Source of the DNA: Promethearchaeota archaeon
Lineage (GTDB): Archaea > Asgardarchaeota > Lokiarchaeia > Sigyniarchaeales > SOKP01
NCBI GenBank assembly: GCA_019058445.1
Contig: JAHPZA010000003.1
Location: 1 to 64,000, forward strand
Length of the DNA stretch: 64,000 nt
Reading direction: 5' to 3'
Position numbers and translations under genes: made by a program. The notes below the pieces were generated by a model, which was not told the origin of the DNA, ran no database searches, and saw nothing but the letters and a program-made list of their open reading frames with translations. This document shows, in pieces, positions 1 through 8,372 of this stretch (the stretch's first letter is position 1; the number at the start of each line of letters is the position of its first letter).

Positions 1-1162
1 CAGCACCGCCATTTATAAGAATGGATCCCGACGGATTAACAGTATCGAGTCCAATTGTGTCGGAATAAATCTGGGAGATTCGTTCAGAATTGTCTTTAAC
101 TTGAAAATAGACGGTTTTAGATGAGCCATCTCCACTAGGAAGCGTCCATACTTTTGTATCACTGGCCGATTCCCAGCTAGACCACGAAATTGGATCATTA
201 CTGTAGCGTACTTTTTTCACGCCTGACATCCCATCGCCATAAGTTAGCGATAGGGTAACACTCGTAGTATTAGTCCATACAGCACCGCCATTTATAAGAA
301 TGGATCCCGACGGATTAACAGTATCGAGTCCAATTGTATCGGAATAAATCAGGGAAACTCGTTCAGAATTATCTTTAACCTGATAATAGACGGTTTTAGA
401 TGAGGAATCCCCACTAGGAAGCGTCCATACTTTCGTATCACTGGCCGATTCCCAGCTAGACCACGAAATTGGATCATTACTGTAGCGCACTTCTTTCACG
501 CCCGACATTCCATCATAAGAAGTAAGCGTTAAGGTGATAGTCGTAGTATTAGTCCATACAGCACCGCCATTGATAAGAATGGATCCCGACGGATTAACTG
601 TATCGAGTCCAATTGTGTCGGAATAAATCTGGGAGATTCGTTCAGAATTGTCTTTAACTTGAAAATAGACGGTTTTAGATGAGCCATCTCCACTAGGAAG
701 CGTCCATACTTTTGTATCACTGGCCGATTCCCAGCTAGACCACGAAATTGGATCATTACTGTAGCGTACTTTTTTCACGCCTGACATCCCATCGCCATAA
801 GTTAGCGATAGGGTAACACTCGTAGTATTAGTCCATACAGCACCGCCATTTATAAGAATGGATCCCGACGGATTAACAGTATCGAGTCCAATCGTATCAG
901 AATACACTTGTGAAACTAAATCTGCATTATCTTTAACCTGATAATAGACAGTTTTAGATGAACCGTCCCCATTGGGAAGCGTCCAAGCTCGTGTAGGAGT
1001 GGGAGATTCCCACGAAGTCCATGTAATAGAATCATTACTGTAGCGTACTTCTTTCACTCCTGACATTCCATCGCTATAGGTTAGCGTCAGGGTAACGCTC
1101 GTGATATTTGTCCATAACGCGCCATCATTGATAACAATGGAACCGGAGGGATTAACTGTATC
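1..1162. repeat. Intragenic tandem repeat, 279-bp (93-aa) unit, at least 4 copies
   Basis: CAGCACCGCCATT recurs at 1, 280, 559 and 838, with a diverged copy near 1117. Unit: GSILINGGAVWTNTTSVTLSLTYGDGMSGVKKVRYSNDPISWSSWESASDTKVWTLPSGDGSSKTVYFQVKDNSERISQIYSDTIGLDTVNPS. Confidence 0.97.
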
Positions 1163-3466
1163 TTTTATAATTTGTTTCCAAGAGGAAATAAGATTACCCG
1201 CAGTGTCATTTGCATAAAATGTTATATTAATTAATCCATCTTCAAAAAACTCCCAAGCCTCTTGGTTAATTGAATTATTTGTAGTAAAAAAATGTTCAGT
1301 CGAGGTGTTGTTTAAAATGTACCACATTTTATCTAAATTAATATCCGAGACTTCAACAATAAAGTTTGGAGCGGTTAAATTAAAGTAAATTCCCTCTAAT
1401 GGTGATAGAATTTTAAGAATAGGGTCATAAAGATCAATTCTTAAAATCACTTCCTTAATTCCTAAAAAACCTTTAGAATCATTTATAAAAAATTGAACTA
1501 ATGCAGTTCCATTGTTTAAATTATCCCATAAACCTTGATCAAATTGGTCGATTATTTCTTCGTCAATATTACCTAACAATGAATAAGATGAGGAAATTTG
1601 ACCTGCCAGTTTATACCAGAAAGTATCCCCTTTTCCTTCATCCACTTTCACTCTAAATTCAGGGGCTTTCTTTCCAAAAATAGAATAATTGGATGGATAT
1701 AATACATCTAATTTTGGAGGATCCCACCATATAGGGTAATTATCTTGGTTTCCCGCAGGACCAGCAATATATATATAAGGTGAATCTCCAATATTATCAT
1801 CATCGGTGTCAGCACCAGTGTAGTTATCCCAATAATTTCCCACAGTAGAATTATCCCAGTTATTGAAATAGGAACCACTATCATCAAGAGCATGTAGGTT
1901 ATTTTCTATAAAATGATTGTTATGAATTATATTGTTTCTACTATTAGCACCATTTATATATATGCCGTATTGGCTATTATTTTTAATAATGTTTCCAGTA
2001 ATATTGTTGTAATCACTATTGTGCAAGTGTAATCCAATTTGATTATTACCAGACACATTATTATTAATTATTAAACCTCTATTGGTATTGAATAATAAAA
2101 TACCCGTGCTAGAGCTCCCCTTTTCTGGATAATAATATGAAATATTTCTGATTATAAAATAGACATTTCTGGAATTATTTATCAAAATACCAATTTCGGA
2201 GTTACTATTATTAATTAATACATTTTCTATGATATATGGGTTATCTATCGTTCCCGCTCCAATACACCAATCGTAAGTTAGATTTGTTGTCTCCCAATTC
2301 TTACTAGAATTATTCTCATCAATATCAATGGGGGCAATAACTTTGGGATCTTTGTATTTTTCTTCTGGTTCAAGACTTATGATAGGTGAATTAGATACTA
2401 ATAATCTAACTTTAAAATTATCAAAAAAAGACGTGGAATCCTCAGTCCAAGTCATAAATCCAATCTGTCCTGAATTTAGGTGATCAACATCAGTAGCATT
2501 ATTTTTTAGCACTCCATCTAAATATACTAAATATCGAGCCCCTAAGACGTCAATTCTTAAATCATACCACTGATTATTATTTAAAACATCTTCATCTGAA
2601 GTTGTGTTTCCAAAGCTTGAGGCACTACCACCTGTCCATTTTCCAAACCCAACTTCATAATCCCAAAATCCTGGTCCAGTAGTATAAAAATTATCGTAAT
2701 CTAAATATCGAAACATAACACCCAGACCCATATCTGTTCCCTCGCTACTTTTCACTTGAACTTCAATGGATGCATTTTCTATTGTATTGGAATTTAATAA
2801 TGTTCTTCGATCAATAGCACTTTCATTTTCCTTATATTCATTATTTACCACTGTCCAATTTGTACCCTTTTTTTCTATCCATCCATCCGCAGGTCCATTT
2901 TCTTGTGTGAAATCGTCATAAAAATCATAAATGTTGGATTTATTAATGGGAGGATTATTCGCATCTTCACTAGAATAGTAAATATAGTAATTATCATCAT
3001 TACTTCCGGGCTCTATTGACTTTTGAGATTTAAACAATATTTGGGTATTGCTTATGTTGAAATTAGTCTCGTTTATACGATCAAGTTGTGTCCATTTTCC
3101 GTTAGATGTATTAAACCACACTATCCGGAGATCATGTCCATCAGCTCTTAGTTTTCCAGACGAATTTAAGCTTTTTGTATCAATAGATATATTAAAAGTA
3201 TATCCCTTAGGAAGCGGAGAATTATCTTTATTTGTTATATTTATAGGCATTCTATAGAGATATGATGAATTCCACCAATTATTTATTGGTACTGAAGAGC
3301 TATATATTATTTGATTTAAATCATCTATTTCTTCATCAGAATTGGTATCATCTTTTTCAATTCTAATATGATTATTTTTAAAAAAAGTAATTGAAATTAT
3401 ATTAAAAAGAATGAATACGGTAATCAATAAAATATATCTTTTTCTTAAGTATATTCGATTTACCAA
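1..3466 (-). CDS. Large secreted/cell-surface multidomain protein (DUF2341-like, ConA/LamG-like, NosD-type beta-helix, Ig-like and 93-aa tandem repeats); 3' end lies outside the window
   Basis: Translated by hand in segments. TTG at 3466 gives (M)VNRIYLRKRYILLITVFILFNIISITFF (signal/TM), then WWNSSYLYRMPINIT...DLRIVW (DUF2341-like), WCIGAGTIDNPYIIEN and GNYWDNYTGADTDDDNIGDSPY (NosD-type). The repeats at 1-1162 are in the same frame. It is missing from the ORF track, consistent with no stop inside the window. Confidence 0.85.
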   Translation of the reverse strand, partial: MVNRIYLRKRYILLITVFILFNIISITFFKNNHIRIEKDDTNSDEEIDDLNQIIYSSSVPINNWWNSSYLYRMPINITNKDNSPLPKGYTFNISIDTKSLNSSGKLRADGHDLRIVWFNTSNGKWTQLDRINETNFNISNTQILFKSQKSIEPGSNDDNYYIYYSSEDANNPPINKSNIYDFYDDFTQENGPADGWIEKKGTNWTVVNNEYKENESAIDRRTLLNSNTIENASIEVQVKSSEGTDMGLGVMFRYLDYDNFYTTGPGFWDYEVGFGKWTGGSASSFGNTTSDEDVLNNNQWYDLRIDVLGARYLVYLDGVLKNNATDVDHLNSGQIGFMTWTEDSTSFFDNFKVRLLVSNSPIISLEPEEKYKDPKVIAPIDIDENNSSKNWETTNLTYDWCIGAGTIDNPYIIENVLINNSNSEIGILINNSRNVYFIIRNISYYYPEKGSSSTGILLFNTNRGLIINNNVSGNNQIGLHLHNSDYNNITGNIIKNNSQYGIYINGANSRNNIIHNNHFIENNLHALDDSGSYFNNWDNSTVGNYWDNYTGADTDDDNIGDSPYIYIAGPAGNQDNYPIWWDPPKLDVLYPSNYSIFGKKAPEFRVKVDEGKGDTFWYKLAGQISSSYSLLGNIDEEIIDQFDQGLWDNLNNGTALVQFFINDSKGFLGIKEVILRIDLYDPILKILSPLEGIYFNLTAPNFIVEVSDINLDKMWYILNNTSTEHFFTTNNSINQEAWEFFEDGLINITFYANDTAGNLISSWKQIIKDTVNPSGSIVINDGALWTNITSVTLTLTYSDGMSGVKEVRYSNDSITWTSWESPTPTRAWTLPNGDGSSKTVYYQVKDNADLVSQVYSDTIGLDTVNPSGSILINGGAVWTNTTSVTLSLTYGDGMSGVKKVRYSNDPISWSSWESASDTKVWTLPSGDGSSKTVYFQVKDNSERISQIYSDTIGLDTVNPSGSILINGGAVWTNTTTITLTLTSYDGMSGVKEVRYSNDPISWSSWESASDTKVWTLPSGDSSSKTVYYQVKDNSERVSLIYSDTIGLDTVNPSGSILINGGAVWTNTTSVTLSLTYGDGMSGVKKVRYSNDPISWSSWESASDTKVWTLPSGDGSSKTVYFQVKDNSERISQIYSDTIGLDTVNPSGSILINGGA

Positions 3467-3591
3467 ACTTACCTACTCTTATCTTTAATTAATTAATCAT
3501 TCAATTTTTTGTCAAATTATAAAGAAATTTTTCAAAACCTAATTTGAATTGAATATAATAGATTATGCTATTATTTATCAAGGATTTCTGT

Positions 3592-3610
3592 GCAGGTGCG
3601 AAGCAGGTGC
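3592..3610. promoter_or_regulatory. Tandem GCAGGTGC direct repeat (11-bp period), candidate transcription-factor site
   Basis: GCAGGTGC at 3592-3599 and 3603-3610, a GC-rich island in an AT-rich intergenic region upstream of the surface-protein gene. Confidence 0.35.
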
Positions 3611-3922
3611 ATTTGGAAATCTTTATTTTCCTATAACTAAAGGGAAAAATAATTGGAATATTTTATTAAAAAAATGATCATATATAAATTATTTCTAAAT
3701 TTTACAATTAAGTATAACACCTTACTCAATAGGTATATCCTTAGATAATGGTCAAAGTTGAACAGATAACATATAAGAGAAAGGTGGTAATAAAAAAAGT
3801 TCCATTTGAAAGAGATATGCAAAAATTTTTAATTTAGACTAACGTTATTTTATTAGTTAATTTTTGGAGAATGGCTTTAAAAAGCGATATTTTAAGTAAA
3901 AAAAAGAGTAAAAAAAGAACAT

Positions 3923-4039
3923 ATGAAGTTTAAATGCGACAAATGCGGCCACGAATTCGAGTCAGATGATTTTCCAGATGAAGAACAACCTTGTCCAGGT
4001 TGTGGCGATACTGATTGCACTTTTAGTATCATAGAATAA
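3923..4039 (+). CDS. Small rubredoxin-like/zinc-ribbon protein (38 aa)
   Basis: MKFKCDKCGHEFESDDFPDEEQPCPGCGDTDCTFSIIE*: two CxxCG knuckles. Below the ORF track length cut-off. Confidence 0.8.
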   Translation: MKFKCDKCGHEFESDDFPDEEQPCPGCGDTDCTFSIIE

Positions 4040-4078
4040 ATAAAATTTCCTGCTTTCTTTATCTCATTTTCATATTTT

Positions 4079-5356
4079 CTATTTTACTTCACTTAAATCA
4101 ATGCCTTTCGTTTCCTTAAGATATAGGTAAGTAAGCGGTAAAAGCAATAAATGCGGCAGGCTGATCACGATGAATGTAAACGCTAATCCATAGAAATAAA
4201 TAAGGGCACTGCTAATGAATAAACCACTTGTCGTCGCTATTGCTGTGATTAAAGATCTTAACCCACTTCCCGTCCCTCTAGCCTCAGTAGGGACAATCTC
4301 TACGGTCATAAGTCTCGCTACAATCCTTATACCTTGTAGAGTAATATATGCAAGTCCTGCTCCAACGCCTACAATAATAATAAGGAAAACTCCGGAAAAA
4401 TTAACCCCATACACTACAATAATTATCGAAATTGGAGATAATACCCCATATATATAAAGTAATGGTTTTCTTCCCCATTTATCGGCAGCAATTCCGGTAA
4501 TCACATATCCCAGAATAACTGAGATTGCAACAAAATAAATCATAGTATTTATTAGAGAGTCAGACATTCCACTGTTTGCCCAAAAAGCTTCGATTAGTCT
4601 AAAGAACACGTAATTCAGTCCAGCAATAAAGCTTATAATCAAGATCACAATAAGCTCCTTACGTCGAGCGGATTTGAATAGAACTTTCATATTTTCACTG
4701 AATTTTGGCATTTTCTCTCCTAAAGCTCTTTTATCCCTCATTTCTTCAAATTTCTGCGTCTCTTTAAATGTAAGTAAAATAAGAATGCTTAATGGAATCC
4801 CGATAAATATCGCTGGATAAGTCATTCCTCTCCAATTTGCGGCAGTTTCAGTTACATATATCGAACGAACGATGGGAAGCAATATTGCGCCTCCAATACC
4901 GCCCATAAGAACAAATGCATTCCACTGGCCGCGCTTTTCAGGAGGGCATTCTTCACTAATATAGATAGTCCATATATCGGAGCTAAAAAATATATACATC
5001 ATAAACAGGTATATCGTGTATTGTATTAAATTAGTCGCAGTTGCTAAAAGCAAGGAGGAAATGCCCATTCCGAATACAGTAACGGCCAAAAGTATTTTTC
5101 TCCCTTTACGATCCGCTAAATATTGATTTAACAATACAAAATAGGTTCCTATTGAAGCGATGGCTATACAAAATGCAAAAATTGAGGCAGCCACGTTTTC
5201 AGGACGGTCGGATAGAAATTCTGCAATTACTTTTGAAACGATGACTGTCGGATAAAGGGTACTGTAAGTGTCCAAAATTTCTACAAACATCAAAACTATT
5301 ATCATATAAAATAGCGCAAATTTGGATCGTTCCAATTTAGTGTTTTCTTGTGTCAT
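4079..5356 (-). CDS. MFS transporter
   Basis: About 12 TM segments; motif A LADRKGRK and AADKWGRKP; PTEARGTG. Confidence 0.9.
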   Translation of the reverse strand: MTQENTKLERSKFALFYMIIVLMFVEILDTYSTLYPTVIVSKVIAEFLSDRPENVAASIFAFCIAIASIGTYFVLLNQYLADRKGRKILLAVTVFGMGISSLLLATATNLIQYTIYLFMMYIFFSSDIWTIYISEECPPEKRGQWNAFVLMGGIGGAILLPIVRSIYVTETAANWRGMTYPAIFIGIPLSILILLTFKETQKFEEMRDKRALGEKMPKFSENMKVLFKSARRKELIVILIISFIAGLNYVFFRLIEAFWANSGMSDSLINTMIYFVAISVILGYVITGIAADKWGRKPLLYIYGVLSPISIIIVVYGVNFSGVFLIIIVGVGAGLAYITLQGIRIVARLMTVEIVPTEARGTGSGLRSLITAIATTSGLFISSALIYFYGLAFTFIVISLPHLLLLPLTYLYLKETKGIDLSEVK

Positions 5357-5465
5357 AAAAGTATATTTGAATTTTTGAATATATAAGCTTTTTCACAAGT
5401 TCTAATGAATATACTTAGAAATTAAAGATAAAGGAAAAAAAATAAAAATTTTTAATTTTTTTTTA

Positions 5466-6191
5466 TTATGTGAATCGCTTCTTCACAGCATCGGGTAAAA
5501 TCCATCCGAAATAAAAGAATATAGCGCTTAACATCAATAATATCCGAACTACAACAACAATCACTGGCGAAAATAGAAAGAAAGAGTCTAAAACAGCACA
5601 AGCAGCATAAATTAGAAAAGCCACAATTAAAAACTTCCCTTTTAATTGCAGTTCAGGATCATCCGATTTCCGCGAAGAGTTTGCAAATATAAGGAATGTA
5701 ATTAAAGCTGTAATCAAAAAGAAAAGTAAAGTAAATCGGACAAATGGTCTATATACTGCAGAAAAAGTTCTTTCGAAATATCCAATCATATTGACTCGAT
5801 CGGTAAAAAGAAAATAGAAAAACAGAATCTCACAAACTAAGCTAATTATAGTATAAATTCCTACGAGAGCTTTTTTCTTTTCTTGGTACATAAAATCTGT
5901 GAATGTGATTAGCCAGAGAACAGTAATAATTGGGATAAAGACATATCCAATGATAAATCTTATTTCCTCAGCTAAAATAATATTAGCAAATAGCAATACA
6001 AAGGCCAGCGCACCATGCATCCAAGGGGTTGAAATTCCTATCCACGTAATTCCCACATAAATGTAATAACGCTTTTCAAATTCAAAATACTTCGAAAGAA
6101 TTTTCAAGCCAACGATGAAAGAGATAATTACAAAAATTAAATTAAAAGTTCCAGTCAGAATTTCGACTAAAGTTAACTCTATTGTAAACAC
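5466..6191 (-). CDS. Multi-pass (about 7 TM) membrane protein; paralogue of 57735-58457
   Basis: Hydrophobic helices; shares GLKIxSKY, KSxDPxxxxKGKF and GWxxPD with 57735-58457. The true start may be ATA at 6182. Confidence 0.8.
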   Translation of the reverse strand: MFTIELTLVEILTGTFNLIFVIISFIVGLKILSKYFEFEKRYYIYVGITWIGISTPWMHGALAFVLLFANIILAEEIRFIIGYVFIPIITVLWLITFTDFMYQEKKKALVGIYTIISLVCEILFFYFLFTDRVNMIGYFERTFSAVYRPFVRFTLLFFLITALITFLIFANSSRKSDDPELQLKGKFLIVAFLIYAACAVLDSFFLFSPVIVVVVRILLMLSAIFFYFGWILPDAVKKRFT

Positions 6192-6370
6192 CTCAACAAA
6201 TAGTTATTAAACTTGATTATGAAATATTTAACTTAAATTTATTTAAAACTTTATAAATAGCCATTTCGAGTTTGCTGAATAAATTTAAATTCCGATGCGT
6301 TTAAGAAAATAATATATTTTTTCTACAATTTCATTACGTAATTTAAAATAATCCATCTTAAATTAGAAAA

Positions 6371-6577
6371 ATGGAATGTAATCAAGCAGAAAGGAAAAAA
6401 ATTTGTGCGTGCACGTATAGTAGCTGTAGTAGATTGGGAAAATGTTGTGAATGTATTGAATATCACTTAGCAAATCGCGAATTACCTGGCTGTGTATTTG
6501 CAAAAATTTCAAAAGAAGCCGAAATGTCCTATGATAGAAGCTTTAAGCATTTTGCTTCGTTAATTATGGGGAAGTAA
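6371..6577 (+). CDS. Small Cys-rich protein (DUF6485-like)
   Basis: CACTYSSCSRLGKCCECIEYH...LPGC pattern. Confidence 0.75.
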   Translation: MECNQAERKKICACTYSSCSRLGKCCECIEYHLANRELPGCVFAKISKEAEMSYDRSFKHFASLIMGK

Positions 6578-6592
6578 TTCAATTTTAAGTTT

Positions 6593-7417
6593 TTAAACCT
6601 TATTTTTTTCAATATGATTTTTAATAAAATTCCACATAATATTATTTATTTTATCGGGATCTTCAATATTAAAAAGATGTCCAAGATTATCCAAAATTTC
6701 GAGTTCTGCATTTGGAATTTTATCAGATATTAACTTTGAATTACTAACTGATTGCAATCTATCTTTTTTACTGGCAATTATTAATGTGGGTTGTTTGATT
6801 TTATTGAGAGAGTCTCTTATATCATGTTCCAACACAGCATTTCCCTGATTAATAAAATCTTGACCTCGAGTTGGATTTTCCATCCAATAATCTTTAAGCT
6901 GCTTAAATAAAACAATATTTTTTTTTAATTTTTTTCTAAAAGATCTTGAATATAACGCAGGGAGCATTTTTAAGAAAGCTTTATAAACTCTTTCTTCATT
7001 ATAATCCGAATTATTTGATTTGATTTGATTAAACAAAAAACTTGGGTCAATATGCGCGGCTGTTGCCATTAAAATTAATGTTTTAACTTTATAAGGATAT
7101 TTTAAAGTAAATTGCAGTGCTATCATTCCCCCCAAACTATGACCACATAAATGAATTTTTTCTTGGATATCTAGATAATCTAATAAATTTTTTAGATCTA
7201 ATATAAACATGTCCATTGTATATGGATAATTGGGTCTTGAGCTTTTTCCTACTCCCCTATTATCTATTGCAATCATTTTCATTTTATCTTTAAAAAAAGG
7301 AATTTGTAAGAACCAACCAGTTAATTTTTCTCCAATTCCGGGAATTAATACTAATACCTCACCATTACCTTCCACAATATAATTTATATTTACGTCGTTA
7401 TAAGTAAAAATAGGCAT
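6593..7417 (-). CDS. Alpha/beta hydrolase
   Basis: DNRGVGKS, nucleophile elbow GHSLGG, C-terminal Asp and GH. Confidence 0.9.
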   Translation of the reverse strand: MPIFTYNDVNINYIVEGNGEVLVLIPGIGEKLTGWFLQIPFFKDKMKMIAIDNRGVGKSSRPNYPYTMDMFILDLKNLLDYLDIQEKIHLCGHSLGGMIALQFTLKYPYKVKTLILMATAAHIDPSFLFNQIKSNNSDYNEERVYKAFLKMLPALYSRSFRKKLKKNIVLFKQLKDYWMENPTRGQDFINQGNAVLEHDIRDSLNKIKQPTLIIASKKDRLQSVSNSKLISDKIPNAELEILDNLGHLFNIEDPDKINNIMWNFIKNHIEKNKV

Positions 7418-7487
7418 ATATAATTAAAATTTTAATATGCTTTATCTTTTTTTTCTAATTTCTTTGACTATCAAAAGAAAAATAAGA

Positions 7488-7810
7488 GACACCTGAAAGC
7501 TATACCCGCCTTTCTGTACTGTTTTCGTCACCGAATAACAGGTTGGGCATCAAACTAAGCGTCCTACCTAAAGCTCGCTCCAAGAGCTCATCGTTTTCAT
7601 TTGGACTTGCACCAGGGTTTTAGCTCGTTCCAACCAATCCCTTTCACAATTTCTTTGGCTTAACAAATCATAAATATTTGTAAGAGGGCAGTGTCGTTTC
7701 AGTTGCTAAAATACGGTTTTCACCGTAGTAGTTGTCTACTCCCTGCTTGGAATGTGAGGCGAGGTTCCTCAGCGGATCGAGTCCACCGTCAGCCCAAGCT
7801 TTCATTTGTC
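7488..7810 (-). ncRNA. rnpB: Archaeal RNase P RNA
   Basis: Minus strand: P1 UGAAAGCU/AGCUUUCA; P2 UUGGGC/GCCCAA; short P3 hairpin; CR-I GAGGAACCUCGCC (7770-7758) pairs with CR-V ACAGAAAGGCGGGUAUA (7517-7501) around a bulged U (P4); CR-II GCAACUGAAAC; GUGCAAG; GUCC/GGAC P15. Confidence 0.93.
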
Positions 7811-7871
7811 ATTAGAAATAAGGTTACATGATTTTAAAAATATTTCTATTCAATGAAAACCTCAACCGATA

Positions 7872-8273
7872 ATGGAAAAGATTAATATTACAGCCAAATC
7901 TAAGGGAAAAGTTGTAATTGGAACAGTTCAAGGAGATCTGCATGACATCGGGAAAAGTATTGTTAGAATCATCTTGATTGCATCAGGATTTTCTGTTGAA
8001 GATTTAGGGGTGGATTTTTCACCAGAAAAATTCCTTGATGTAGTTGAACAGTCAGATGAAGGCATTTTGGGATTATCAGATCTTCTTATCATAGCAATAG
8101 ATTCTGTGAAAGACGTGATAAACTTATTTAGAGAAAAAAATCTAAGACATAAAGCAAAAATTGTCGTTGGAGGAAGCGCATTTAGAGAGGAAATCGCAAA
8201 TAGATTAGATATATATGCCTAAGACAAAAATTCTCAAGAAGCGGTGAATAACTGTCAAAAGTTCTTAGGATAA
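7872..8273 (+). pseudogene. Decayed cobalamin-binding (corrinoid methyltransferase) protein
   Basis: DLHDIGK (DxHxxG) and VGG are present, but the N-terminal cap domain is missing. GLSDLLII replaces the usual GLSALLTT. TAA at 8220-8222 interrupts the usual C-terminus (DIYA*DKNSQEAVNNCQKFLG*). Confidence 0.7.
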
Positions 8274-8372
8274 ATCTTAAAAACTCAAGATAGAAGCTAA
8301 AAATAAAGAAAAAGGTTGAAAAAAAAGAAAAATTTTTTTTGGTTTTTGTTTAATTCTTATTTTGTGTTTCAA

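Noticed and set aside
13-756. ORF-track ORFs 13-198 and 529-756 (also 1708-1893 and 3048-3257)
   Set aside because: Alternative-frame or antisense shadows of the long surface-protein gene. The near-identity of the first two reflects the 558-bp repeat.
1-1162. Repeats as a CRISPR array or mobile element
   Set aside because: The 279-bp units are in-frame coding repeats with no spacers, and no cas or transposase genes were seen.
8220-8222. Stop-codon recoding (Pyl/Sec) in the corrinoid gene
   Set aside because: The stop is TAA, not TAG or TGA, and the gene shows other signs of decay.
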